Shown one piece after another: positions 45,646-55,261 of a DNA stretch of 64,000 nucleotides. This DNA comes from Gammaproteobacteria bacterium (GTDB lineage Bacteria > Pseudomonadota > Gammaproteobacteria > Steroidobacterales > PWYM01). The stretch lies in assembly GCA_007693855.1 (NCBI GenBank), contig RECU01000042.1, forward strand, positions 11,733-75,732, given 5' to 3'. Both the position numbers and the translations under genes were made by a program. Within the stretch, counting starts at the first letter, position 1; each line of letters begins with the position of its first letter. The notes beneath the pieces were generated by a model, which ran no database searches, had not been told where the DNA came from, and worked only from the letters and a program-made list of their open reading frames with translations.

Positions 45646-46500
45646 ATGATCCCCACTGCCACCGCCCGCCCCGTGACTGCCGAGACGTTCGCCCAGGAGG
45701 TCGTCCAGCGTTCGATGGAGGTGCCGGTGCTGGTGGATTTCTGGGCAGACTGGTGCGCGCCCTGCAAGACACTCTCGCCGATTCTCGACCGCCTGGCCGC
45801 CGATTACGCCGGTGTACTGGACGTCGTCAAGGTCAACGTGGACGAGGAACAGATGATCGCGCAGCAGCTGGGCATCCGCAGCCTGCCGACGGTCAAGCTG
45901 ATCTCCCAGGGCCGCATCGTCGATGAATTCGTCGGCGCGCAGCCTGAGGCCCAGATCCGCGAGATGCTCGCCCGTCACCTGCCCGATGCCGCCGCGCCAG
46001 GCATGGGCGCGGAGGCCGAGGCGGAGCCCGCCGAGGAACGCCTCGCACGCCTGGAAGCGGCCCACCAGGCGAAGCCGGATGACGCCGAGACCTCACTGGA
46101 ACTCGCCGAAGTGCTGGCGATGCACGGTGACACCACGCGCGCCAGCGACCTGCTGGCCAGCCTGCCTGTCGACGCGCAGACCAAGGATGGCGCGGAGCGG
46201 GTACGTGCCTATGTCCTGTTCGCCGACGCGCTGCAAGACGCCCCCGAGCGCGCAGCGCTGGAGGCTCGGCTGACGGAGACCCCGGACGATCACCGCGCCC
46301 GCCACCAGCTCGCCGCCCGACTGTTCAGCGAGGGTGAGCACGAAGCCGCGCTCGAGCAGCTGCTGGAGCTGCTGGCCCGGGACCGCAGTTTCGACGACGC
46401 CATCGCCCGCCGGAGCCTCGTCGCGGCCTTCAACATCCTGGGGTCCACGTCGGAACTCACCGGGCGCTATCGTCGCAGGATGTCGTCCGTCCTGCTCTGA
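45646..46500 (+). CDS. ybbN: Thioredoxin-domain + TPR co-chaperone (YbbN/CnoX family)
   Basis: VLVDFWADWCAPCKTLSPIL...IRSLPTVKL, followed by a TPR-like C-terminal half. GGAG precedes the ATG at 45646. Confidence 0.88.
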   Translation: MIPTATARPVTAETFAQEVVQRSMEVPVLVDFWADWCAPCKTLSPILDRLAADYAGVLDVVKVNVDEEQMIAQQLGIRSLPTVKLISQGRIVDEFVGAQPEAQIREMLARHLPDAAAPGMGAEAEAEPAEERLARLEAAHQAKPDDAETSLELAEVLAMHGDTTRASDLLASLPVDAQTKDGAERVRAYVLFADALQDAPERAALEARLTETPDDHRARHQLAARLFSEGEHEAALEQLLELLARDRSFDDAIARRSLVAAFNILGSTSELTGRYRRRMSSVLL

Positions 46501-46546
46501 GCCGAGGCGACAGCGCTGTCCTGCGGCCGCCGGGGCGCCGGCGCCC

Positions 46547-47482
46547 TCACTCGTGCAGCCCGTGATGCTCGTGGTCCTCACCCCGCAGGTGCGCGGCCAG
46601 AAAGGCCAGCGTGCGCTGCCAGGCGTCCTCGGCCGTCTCCGGGTCGTAGTTCCCGCCTGAGGGGTTGGCAAACGCATGATCGACCCCCGGATAGATCTCG
46701 ATATGGGCGTTCTTGCCAAGCGCGGCCAGCTGGTCGCGGAAGGCATGCACCCCCGCCAGCGGCACGGCGGCATCGTCCTCGGCAAACAGTCCGAGGATGG
46801 GCATCTGCAACGGCGCCAGCACGGCTTCCTCGGCGGGTACGTTGCCGTAGTAGATCACCACCGCGTCAAGCCGATCGGGCAGCGCCAGGCCGGTCTCGAG
46901 CGCCCAGGTCCCGCCCAGACACCAGCCCAGTGAGGCCACCGCCGGGGCGCCGAGATAGGACACCAGGTAGTCGTGCGCCTGGCGGACGTTGTCCCGGCCC
47001 TGATCACGCGCGCCCATCAGGCCCTGCATCAACCCCCTGGCTTCGACCGGATCCTCGGTGGTCGCCCCGCGATACAGGTCCACGGCCAAGGCCACGTAGC
47101 CTTCCCCCGCCAGCCGCTCGGTCATGGCGCGGATGTTCTCGTTAAGACCCCACCATTCATGAATCACGATGATGGCGGGCAACGGCTCGGCACTCTCGGC
47201 TTCGGGCATCGCGAGATAACCGGTGAGGGGCACGCCCTCCAGTTCGCCGTACTCCACCGCCCGCGCGACCACGGGCATACGCGGCGCAGAGGCGACGGCG
47301 GGCGTCGCTGAGGGCGCGTCGTGCGCATGCTCATGGGCGATGCGCTCGGCCGTCTCGCGATCGTCTGTGGAGAGCACCGGTTCTTCCGCCGGCGATTCCT
47401 CCGGTGGCTGGCCACAGGCGAACAGGGCGGCGGTACACAGCAACAGTGCCGCCAGGGCGGCGGGCGACGGACGGATGATCAT
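46547..47482 (-). CDS. Dienelactone hydrolase family lipoprotein
   Basis: Lipobox ALFAC. IIVIHEWWGLN, GWCLGG nucleophile context, VDHAF. Confidence 0.85.
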   Translation of the reverse strand: MIIRPSPAALAALLLCTAALFACGQPPEESPAEEPVLSTDDRETAERIAHEHAHDAPSATPAVASAPRMPVVARAVEYGELEGVPLTGYLAMPEAESAEPLPAIIVIHEWWGLNENIRAMTERLAGEGYVALAVDLYRGATTEDPVEARGLMQGLMGARDQGRDNVRQAHDYLVSYLGAPAVASLGWCLGGTWALETGLALPDRLDAVVIYYGNVPAEEAVLAPLQMPILGLFAEDDAAVPLAGVHAFRDQLAALGKNAHIEIYPGVDHAFANPSGGNYDPETAEDAWQRTLAFLAAHLRGEDHEHHGLHE

Positions 47483-47557
47483 CTGAACACTCCAGAATCG
47501 AGACAGAGCCTCATGATGCAGGCCGCCTGACGGCCCGGCAAGCGCCCGGGGCTGCCA

Positions 47558-48454
47558 CTACAACAGCCACCAGAGCAGCAATGGCAGCGTCAGGAAAGAC
47601 AGGGCCGTGGACACGACCACCAGGCCGGCCACCTCTGCGGGCGCGCGGCCGAACTGCTGGGCGAGCAGGACATTGAACACGGCCGCCGGCATCGCCGACT
47701 GCAGGATCACCACCGCGCGGGCCACGCCCTCGAGCCCAAGCACCGTCGCCACCAGCCAGCCGGCGGCGACACCACCACCCAGGCGCAGCAGTGCCAGCAG
47801 CGTAGTGCGGCCAAGCGTCGCCACCCGGATGCTTGCCAGCGACACGCCCAGGGTGATCAGCATCAGCGGAATGGTGATGCCACCGATCAGCTCCAGGGTG
47901 TTGTCCAGCCATACGGGGAAGCTCACACCGGAAAGCTGCACGAACAGCGCGACGAATGCCGCCCAGAGAATGGGGGTGCGCAGCATCTCGCCGACCTTGG
48001 CGCGACCCGCGGTGACGTAGATGCCGACGGTGAAATGCGCCATGGTGTTGGCGACGAAAAATCCCAGCGCCAGCGCAAGACCCTCGGCGCCGAAGGCGAA
48101 CAGCGCCAGCGGCAACCCCATGTTGCCAGCATTGGCGAACACCAGCGGCGGCAGAAACACGCGTTGATCGAGGCCTGCCAGACGCAGCACCAGCGCGAAC
48201 GTCGTCATGGTCAACGCCACCACCAGCCAGCAGGCCAGGACACTGGTGAGCAGCACCTCGGTGGCCACCTCGGCACGGCCGATCGTCGAGACGATCAGGC
48301 AGGGGGTGCCGATGTTCATGACCACCCGGCGCACGAAGATCCCGTCGTAACCCCGACCGCTGCGTGCCCACGCGAAGCCGATGCCGGCGGCGATGAAGAT
48401 CGGCGCGACGATGGCGGCGAGCTGGGCGACCAGCGCGCCGCTCACCCCGGACAC
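47558..48454 (-). CDS. AEC (auxin efflux carrier) family transporter
   Basis: About 10 TM segments, an N-terminal IFIAAGIGFAWAR and a duplicated-halves topology typical of the family. Confidence 0.8.
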   Translation of the reverse strand: MSGVSGALVAQLAAIVAPIFIAAGIGFAWARSGRGYDGIFVRRVVMNIGTPCLIVSTIGRAEVATEVLLTSVLACWLVVALTMTTFALVLRLAGLDQRVFLPPLVFANAGNMGLPLALFAFGAEGLALALGFFVANTMAHFTVGIYVTAGRAKVGEMLRTPILWAAFVALFVQLSGVSFPVWLDNTLELIGGITIPLMLITLGVSLASIRVATLGRTTLLALLRLGGGVAAGWLVATVLGLEGVARAVVILQSAMPAAVFNVLLAQQFGRAPAEVAGLVVVSTALSFLTLPLLLWWLL

Positions 48455-48492
48455 CCCCGTCGGGTATCATCCCGCCAAGCCCTGGACAGGAC

Positions 48493-49572
48493 GTGAGCAT
48501 GAACGACAGCACCCCAGCCCCCGAGCCCTATACAGCCATGGCGCTGCAGGTCAGTACCGATGCGGTGAACGCCATCGACGACCCGGCGGAAGCGCGTCGG
48601 GTGATGATGGACAACATCCGTCGAATCGGGGCCAAGCTGCGATCCAGCAAGGGGTTCGTGCGCCAGTACAACGGCACGGAGGTCAAGCTGGTGGTGCTGC
48701 CGGAGTACTTTCTGTCGGGCTTCCCGATGGGCGAGGACGTGCCGACCTGGATCGCCAAGGCCTGTCTTGATCCGGCGGGTGCCGAATACGAGGCGCTGGC
48801 CGACCTGGCCCAGTCCGCCGGTGTCTTTCTCTGTGGCAATGTCTACGAGACCGACGCGAACTTCCCCGACCTGTACTTCCAGTGCTGCTTCCTGATCGAT
48901 CCGGCAGGCCATACCGTGCTGCGGTACCGACGCCTGATCTCGCTGTACGCCCCCTCGCCCTGCGACCTGTGGCAGAAGTACCTCGACCTCTACGGCATGG
49001 ACGGGGTCTTTCCCGTGGCCGACACCGAGATCGGGCGCATTGCCGCGGTCGCCTCCGAAGAAATCCTCTACCCGGAGGTGGCGCGCTGTCTGGTGATGCG
49101 CGGTGCCGAGGTGCTGCTGCACCCGACCAGCGAAGTGGGCAGTCCGCTGCTCACCCCCAAGGATGTCGCCAAGCGGGCCCGGGCGATCGAGAACATGGCC
49201 TACGTCGTCTCCGCAAACTCCGCCTCGCTGGATCGTATCCCGTTCCCGGCCGCCTCGACCTCCGGGATGAGCACTGTCGTCGACTACTACGGCAACGTGC
49301 TCTGCGAGGCCAACCCCGGCGGCGAGAGCATGGTCGCGCACGCCCTGATCAATCTGAAGAGCCTGCGCGATGCCAGGCGGCGGACCGGACTGACCAACAT
49401 GGTCTCGCGACTCCCGCTGCAGGTCTTTGCCGAGAGCTACCGCGACATCGTCTTCCGGCCGTGCAATCGACTGGTCCAGCCCGATGGCAGTTACAGGATT
49501 CCGGCACGCAGCGAAATGACCGCCTGGCAGGAAGAAGACATCCAGGAACTGGTGCACCGCGGCCTGCTCTGA
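48493..49572 (+). CDS. Carbon-nitrogen hydrolase (nitrilase) superfamily protein with a non-canonical catalytic triad
   Basis: LVVLPEYFLSG (Glu block). LRYRRLISLY sits where amidases have YRK. IAAVASEEILYPE sits where they have IxCxD..YPE. The start is uncertain (48493, 48499 or 48538). Confidence 0.75.
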   Translation: MSMNDSTPAPEPYTAMALQVSTDAVNAIDDPAEARRVMMDNIRRIGAKLRSSKGFVRQYNGTEVKLVVLPEYFLSGFPMGEDVPTWIAKACLDPAGAEYEALADLAQSAGVFLCGNVYETDANFPDLYFQCCFLIDPAGHTVLRYRRLISLYAPSPCDLWQKYLDLYGMDGVFPVADTEIGRIAAVASEEILYPEVARCLVMRGAEVLLHPTSEVGSPLLTPKDVAKRARAIENMAYVVSANSASLDRIPFPAASTSGMSTVVDYYGNVLCEANPGGESMVAHALINLKSLRDARRRTGLTNMVSRLPLQVFAESYRDIVFRPCNRLVQPDGSYRIPARSEMTAWQEEDIQELVHRGLL

Positions 49573-49592
49573 GGCGATCTCCGGCCTGCCGC

Positions 49593-49841
49593 TCATGCGC
49601 GGGTGCTGGCTGGCCAGTGCAGCACAGGCACCTGCAGGAAACTCCGGGTCCGATCTCCGCAACGCGCCGCATACAGCGTCTGCACCCCGGGGGTCTGGTC
49701 AGCCACCAGGCTGCCGTCGGCCAGCACCACGCGCCAGGCCGCGGCCAGGATGTTGCTGAGGCGGGCGTCGATCTCTTCAGCCGACGCGCGGGTGCGTTCG
49801 CGCAGCCCGGCACCGGCATGAATGATCAGCCGTGGGGTCAC
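49593..49841 (-). pseudogene. 82-codon ORF coupled to pip, resembling only the N-terminus of isoaspartyl peptidase/asparaginase (possible remnant)
   Basis: GTG in a GTGA overlap with the pip stop. VTPRLIIHAGAGLRERTRASAEEIDARLSNILAAAWRVVLADGS compares with IAIHGGAGAISR...ALSAIVETGQKMLEAGESALD. Family members are about 300 aa. Confidence 0.3.
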
Positions 49842-50812
49842 GCCGCGAGGTCGGCGAAGCGGTCGGTGGCACTGACCAGTTCGTGCAGGATGCCCGGCTC
49901 GAACGCCGAGTGGCCCGCGTCGGCGACCAGCCGGAAGTCCGCCTCCGGCCAGGCCTCGTGAAGTTCCCAGGCACTGTGCACCGGACACACCATGTCATAG
50001 CGACCCTGCACGATGACGCCGGGAATGCCACGAATCCGCGCGATGTCGTCAAGGATCTGGGTTTCCCTCGCCATGAACCCGCCGTTGACGAAATAGTGGC
50101 ACTCAATCCGCGCCATCGCGGCGGCGAACTCGTCGGCGCCGAAGCGCTCCACCAGTCCCTCGGACGGGCGGAGACAACTGGTGGCGCCTTCCCATATCGA
50201 CCATGCGCGCGCACAGCGCAGCACCTGCTCGCGATCCTCACCCGTCAGCCGCCGGTGATACGCCGCGAGCAGATCGCTCCGCTCCGCGGGCGGGATCGGC
50301 GCCAGGTAATCCGCCCACCGCTCCGGCCAGACCATGCTGGCACCGTGCTGATAGAACCACTCGAGTTCACGGCGACGCAGCATGAAAATCCCGCGGAGGA
50401 TCAGCCCCGCCACGCGCTCCGGATGCCGTTCGGCATACAGCAGCGCGAGCGTGCTCCCCCAGCTGCCGCCAAACACCGTCCAGTGCTCGATCCCGAGGCG
50501 CTCACGCAGCGCCTCGATGTCACTGACCAGATGCCAGGTGGTGTTGTTCTCGAGGCTGGCATGCGGGCGGCTGCGGCCGCAGCCGCGCTGGTCGAGGATG
50601 ACGATCCGCCACTTCGCCGGATTGAAAAAGCGCCGCGCGTTGGTGTCGCCGCCGCCCCCCGGCCCCCCATGCAGAAACAGGATAGGCGGCCCCTCGGGGT
50701 TCCCGCACTGTTCGTAGTAGACCTCATGACCATCCGCTGTCTGCAGGGTGGCCGTCAGCCACGGCTCGATTGGGGGATACAGGGTTCTCAGGGTGTCGGT
50801 CGCGAGCATCAC
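49838..50812 (-). CDS. pip: Prolyl aminopeptidase (proline iminopeptidase)
   Basis: LFLHGGPGGG, DQRGCGRS, GGSWGSTLAL (GxSxG), AGHSAFEPG. Confidence 0.93.
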   Translation of the reverse strand: MMLATDTLRTLYPPIEPWLTATLQTADGHEVYYEQCGNPEGPPILFLHGGPGGGGDTNARRFFNPAKWRIVILDQRGCGRSRPHASLENNTTWHLVSDIEALRERLGIEHWTVFGGSWGSTLALLYAERHPERVAGLILRGIFMLRRRELEWFYQHGASMVWPERWADYLAPIPPAERSDLLAAYHRRLTGEDREQVLRCARAWSIWEGATSCLRPSEGLVERFGADEFAAAMARIECHYFVNGGFMARETQILDDIARIRGIPGVIVQGRYDMVCPVHSAWELHEAWPEADFRLVADAGHSAFEPGILHELVSATDRFADLAA

Positions 50813-50918
50813 GGAAACTCATGCACGGGGGTACGCTAGTCTAACAGTGCCGCCCGCACGCCGGCCTCCCCGCCGAGCCCTTATACTGTGCTGCAACCTG
50901 CCCCCAGCGGAGAACCCG

Positions 50919-52577
50919 ATGAGCCCTTTCTCACGCCATCTCACCCCCCTCACGGTCAGGCTTGCCCCAGTGGTCCTTGGCCTGACCGCACTGGGTCTGG
51001 CCGCCTGCGGACCCGCCGAAACCCCGGAATCCGGCACCCGGATGGCGGCAGACGCGGGAGTGGTCTTCCATCGCGGCAACGGTGCCGAGCCCGACACGCT
51101 GGACCCGCACCGCTCGGAAGAAACCGCGGCCGCGGCGATCCTGCGCGATCTCTACGAGGGCCTGACCACGGAGACGGCAAATTCGACCGTCGTGCCGGGC
51201 ATGGCGGAGTCCTGGGAGATCAGCGACGACGGGCTCATCTACACCTTCCGTCTGCGCGAGAACGCGCGCTGGTCGAACGGCGACCCGGTGGTCGCCGAGG
51301 ATTTCGCCGCAGGGATGCGCCGCAGCGTCGATCCGGCCACCGCCTCGACCTACGCGCAGATGCTCTGGCCGATCCGCAATGCACGCGCCATCACCGAAGG
51401 CCGTATGGCGGTGGACGAGCTGGCCGTGAGCGTGCTGGAGGAGCGGGTACTCAGGATAGAACTCGAAAAACCGGCTCCCTATTTCCTGGGCATGCTGACG
51501 CATTCGGTCACCTACCCCGTGCATCGGCCCACGCTCGCCGAGCACGGGGGCCGCTTCGCACGGGCGGGGATCAAGGTCACCAACGGCGCCTACCAGCTGG
51601 ATGAATGGGTGGTTCAGTCGCACATCCGCCTGCGCCGCAACCCCTATTACTACGACGCCGACAATGTCCAGATCGATACCGTGTATTTTCACAATACCGA
51701 GGATGTAAACAGCGAGTTCAACCGTTTTCGTGCTGGAGAACTCGACTTCACGATTCAGATCCCCAACACCCAGATCGACTCGATCCGCCGCAACCTGGCC
51801 GACTCACTGCATGTCGCGCCCTACCTGGGCACCTACTACTTCTCGGTGAATCTCAGCCGCCCCCCTTTCGACGATGTGCGGGTCCGCCAGGCGCTCAACA
51901 TGGCGATCGACCGCGAGATCATTGTCGAGCGGGTCACCGGTGTGGGCGAGCGTGCCGCCTATGCCTTCGTGCCGGACGGCACGGCGAACCACGTGCCGGT
52001 GCGCTTCGACTGGGCCGACTGGCCGGTCGAGCGGCGACACGCGGAAGCCCGCCGTCTGCTCGCCGAAGCCGGGTACGGTCCGGATAATCCGTTGCGCCTG
52101 GAACTGCTGTTCAACACCAGCGAGAACCATCGCCGGATCGCCGTGGCCGTGGCCTCGATGTGGGAACAGGTCCTCGGGGTGCGCGCCTCGCCCCTGAACC
52201 AGGAGTGGAAGGTGATGCTGCAGACCCGTCGCGACCTCGACGCCTGGCAGGTGATGCGCTTCGGCTGGATCGGCGACTACAACGACCCCTTCACCTTCCT
52301 CGAGATCCTGCAGACAGGCCACGGTCAGAACATCGTGGGGTGGTCGAACGAGGCCTTCGATACGCTGGCCATCGAAGCCCAGCTCGAACGCGATCTCGAG
52401 GCTCGCGCGGCGCTGCTGGCCGAGGCCGAACGGGTCATGCTGGCCGACCATCCGCTGATTCCCTTGTACTTCTACACCAGCAAGCGGCTGGTGCGGCCAT
52501 ACGTCAAGGGCTTCGAGGCAAACATCATGGACCGCCACTATTCCAGGCATTTCCGTATCGAGCGGGACGGCGGCTGA
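50919..52577 (+). CDS. ABC-transporter peptide/opine-type solute-binding lipoprotein (family 5, OppA-like), no permease genes nearby
   Basis: Lipobox GLAAC. GNGAEPDTLDPHRS, LYEGLT, WSNGDPVVAEDF, and family-5 SBP blocks throughout. Confidence 0.88.
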   Translation: MSPFSRHLTPLTVRLAPVVLGLTALGLAACGPAETPESGTRMAADAGVVFHRGNGAEPDTLDPHRSEETAAAAILRDLYEGLTTETANSTVVPGMAESWEISDDGLIYTFRLRENARWSNGDPVVAEDFAAGMRRSVDPATASTYAQMLWPIRNARAITEGRMAVDELAVSVLEERVLRIELEKPAPYFLGMLTHSVTYPVHRPTLAEHGGRFARAGIKVTNGAYQLDEWVVQSHIRLRRNPYYYDADNVQIDTVYFHNTEDVNSEFNRFRAGELDFTIQIPNTQIDSIRRNLADSLHVAPYLGTYYFSVNLSRPPFDDVRVRQALNMAIDREIIVERVTGVGERAAYAFVPDGTANHVPVRFDWADWPVERRHAEARRLLAEAGYGPDNPLRLELLFNTSENHRRIAVAVASMWEQVLGVRASPLNQEWKVMLQTRRDLDAWQVMRFGWIGDYNDPFTFLEILQTGHGQNIVGWSNEAFDTLAIEAQLERDLEARAALLAEAERVMLADHPLIPLYFYTSKRLVRPYVKGFEANIMDRHYSRHFRIERDGG

Positions 52578-54202
52578 TGGCTGGATCGCATCCGGCACCG
52601 GCGGCGGCCACGACGCCCGACCTGGCTGAAGGCCTGCTCGAGGCGCTTGAAGACCTCCTGGGCGCCGAGCATCTGCTGACCGGCGAGGCCGACTGCCGGT
52701 TTTATGCCACCGACATCTATCGGGCCTCCCCGCTGGTCTTTGCCGCGGTCGCCCGCCCGGGCAGCGTCGACGCCTTGCAGGCACTGGTGGCCCTGTGCGC
52801 CAGACACCGCGCGCCGATGGTCGTGCGTGGCGGCGGCGCCTCGTATACCGACGCCTATCTGCCCACCCGGCCGGGCAGCGTGTGTATCGACACCTCCCGG
52901 CTGCAAGGCATCGAGATCAACGCCGAAGACATGTATGTCACCGTCGAGGCCGGCGTCACCTGGGCGGCGCTGCATGAGGCACTGGCACACCACGGCCTGC
53001 GAACGCCGTTCTGGGGACCGTTCTCGGGGATCGCCGCGACGGTGGCGGGCGGCATGTCTCACTATGCGGTCAACTATGGCAGCGGTACTTATGGCGTCTC
53101 GGCAGAATCGCTGGTGCAGATGGATGTCATCCTCGCAAACGGTGAGCTGATCCGGACGGGTTCCGCAGGCGCCGTCGGCTCTCTGCCGCATTTCCGCTTC
53201 TACGGGCCTGATCTCGCAGGACTGTTTATCGGCGATGCCGGCGCCTTCGGCGTCAAGGCGAGGCTGACGCTGCGACTGGTGCCGCAGCCTCGCGGCTTTG
53301 CCGCGGTCTCTTTTGGCTTCCCTGACGGAGAGCGTTGCCTCACGGCCATGACCGCAGCCGCCCGGCTCGGGGTGGTCGCGCAGAACTTCGCCATGGACCC
53401 CCGCCAGCAGAAAGGCGCGCTCGACCGGATGGCCTCGGCCAACACCTGGGAGGCGGCCCGCTCGGTCTTCCGCTCCGCAAGACATCCGCTGGACGGGCTG
53501 CTGCAGGTCGCACGCCTGGCGGCTGGGGGGCGGAATTTCCTGCGGGGCGCGAGCTATTCCGCGCACTTCAGCACCGAGGGCGCCAGCATTGCCGAGGCAC
53601 GCGAGAAGCTGGCCGTGCTGCGCCGGGTGCTGCGACCGCATGGTGCGGAGGTGGCCGCGTCCATCCCGACCTATTTCAATGCCAATCCGTTTCTGCCCCT
53701 CACCCCCATTCTCGGACCGAACGGTGAACGCTGGAAGCCGACCCATGCCATCCTGCCGTTGTCCCGGGTACTGCAACACCATGCCGATGTCGAGGCCCTG
53801 GTGGCCGAGTATGCGCCGCAGATGGCCGAGCATCGGGTGCGGCTGACACGCATGCTGATGTTCGTGTCCACGCATGCGTTCGTGTACGAGCCGACCTTTC
53901 TCTGGGAGGACGAGCTGCTGGCCTATCACGAGCGCGTCTATCCCGCAGCCTTGCTGCCCACCGTGCCGCGGCATCCACCCAACCCGGGCGGACGGGCGCT
54001 GGTCGCGGAAATGAAGGACCGGCTGCAGGCGCTGTGCATCGCCAATGGCGCCAGTCACCTGCAGGTCGGCAAGGACTATCCCTATCTCGCCACGCGCGAG
54101 CCCGCGCTGGCCGCGTTCGTGCGGCAGCTCAAGGACCGCGTCGACCCCGATGGCCTGCTGAACCCTGGGGCGCTCGGTCTGCACCCCGACGCCGGAGGCT
54201 AG
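52577..54202 (+). CDS. FAD-linked oxidase (FAD_binding_4 / GlcD-like) family protein
   Basis: The ATG shares one base with the SBP stop (TGATG). ARPGSVDALQALVALCARHRAPMVVRGGGASYT...VTVEAGVTWAAL. Confidence 0.82.
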   Translation: MAGSHPAPAAATTPDLAEGLLEALEDLLGAEHLLTGEADCRFYATDIYRASPLVFAAVARPGSVDALQALVALCARHRAPMVVRGGGASYTDAYLPTRPGSVCIDTSRLQGIEINAEDMYVTVEAGVTWAALHEALAHHGLRTPFWGPFSGIAATVAGGMSHYAVNYGSGTYGVSAESLVQMDVILANGELIRTGSAGAVGSLPHFRFYGPDLAGLFIGDAGAFGVKARLTLRLVPQPRGFAAVSFGFPDGERCLTAMTAAARLGVVAQNFAMDPRQQKGALDRMASANTWEAARSVFRSARHPLDGLLQVARLAAGGRNFLRGASYSAHFSTEGASIAEAREKLAVLRRVLRPHGAEVAASIPTYFNANPFLPLTPILGPNGERWKPTHAILPLSRVLQHHADVEALVAEYAPQMAEHRVRLTRMLMFVSTHAFVYEPTFLWEDELLAYHERVYPAALLPTVPRHPPNPGGRALVAEMKDRLQALCIANGASHLQVGKDYPYLATREPALAAFVRQLKDRVDPDGLLNPGALGLHPDAGG

Positions 54203-55191
54203 TCCTCCAGACCCTCGAAGTGGATCAGCCGCGACAGGGCCTCTTCGAGTTCACCGCGGCAGCGGGCAGTGACCTCGTGCAGGTAGGCGTGCATCCGGGC
54301 GTCCTCGGCGTTGCGGTTCTCGCATTCGGCCGAGTAGTCCTCGAAGGCATAGAGCTGGCCGACCAGGGTGGCCAGATGGTGCGGGCACTCGCAACCGATC
54401 TGCGTGGTCGACTCGCGCAGGCGATTGAGTCGGGCCCGCGAATAGCGCCGCCGTGGGATCTCCCCGGTGGTCTCCGGCACCAGATCGGGATCCGGCCGCG
54501 TCCGCCCAGGGGCGGCCAGTACGAGGCAGGCGCGGGCGATGTCTTCCGGCTCAGCCGGCCCGCGCACGGCAGCGATGGGCGGGGCCTTCAGGCTGGCCAC
54601 GCTGGCGAGATTACCGAAGTCATACATCACCACGGCACGACTGGCCCGCGCGCGCTGCATGCAGCCGAGTACCTGCTCACGGGTGTCTTCATGCACCCCG
54701 GTGAATTCCAGCACGACCGTGTCGACAGCCAGATCGGGCGGCAACGTCTCGCAGGCCGCCTGGTCGCTGTGCACGGCGACGAGCTCGATCCCCCGATGGC
54801 TGAAGTCGCCATGCAGCATGGATGCGAGCCGTGGTCCGAACACCGCGACCCTGACCAGGACATCCGGTCGTGGCTCGCCGGCACGGGCCCCGAGCACCGC
54901 CTCCAGGCGGGCCGCAAGCTCGTCGGTCGGCAGCACGGCGACCGTGCCCACGGACTCCCCAAGGTCGACCAGCGACTTGATCAGCGAGAGCCGCTGAACA
55001 TCGTCCTGGGTGTACAGCCGACGCCCCCCGGTGCTGGTGCGGCGGGTCTCGACCGCGCCGTAGCGGCGCTCCCAGGCACGCAGGGTGACCGGCTGCACAC
55101 CGGTCATTTTCGAGACTGCGCGAATCTCGTAGAGGCGGGGTTGGGGTTTGGGTCTGCTCGCCATGATCATCTGGCCGCTACTGCCGTCCAT
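54199..55191 (-). CDS. MerR-family regulator with a flavodoxin-like middle region and a Cys/His-rich C-terminal domain
   Basis: HTH: LYEIRAVSKMTGVQPVTLRAWERRYG...LYTQDDVQRL. C-terminus: IGCECPHHLATLVGQLYAFEDYSAECENRN...ARC. The start is ambiguous (55191, 55170 or 55164). It shares a CTAG stop overlap with the FAD oxidase gene. Confidence 0.78.
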   Translation of the reverse strand: MDGSSGQMIMASRPKPQPRLYEIRAVSKMTGVQPVTLRAWERRYGAVETRRTSTGGRRLYTQDDVQRLSLIKSLVDLGESVGTVAVLPTDELAARLEAVLGARAGEPRPDVLVRVAVFGPRLASMLHGDFSHRGIELVAVHSDQAACETLPPDLAVDTVVLEFTGVHEDTREQVLGCMQRARASRAVVMYDFGNLASVASLKAPPIAAVRGPAEPEDIARACLVLAAPGRTRPDPDLVPETTGEIPRRRYSRARLNRLRESTTQIGCECPHHLATLVGQLYAFEDYSAECENRNAEDARMHAYLHEVTARCRGELEEALSRLIHFEGLED

Positions 55192-55261
55192 GGTGGCGCG
55201 GCCACAGGCAGCTAATGTATCACAGCGGTCAGGTGCGGGCCGCGGCGGCCCGCCCGCACGG

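Noticed and set aside
46533-46546. 14-bp palindrome GGGCGCCGGCGCCC between convergent ybbN and the dienelactone hydrolase gene, as a terminator
   Set aside because: It would form only a 5-bp stem with a 4-nt loop and has no T-tract. This is too weak to call.
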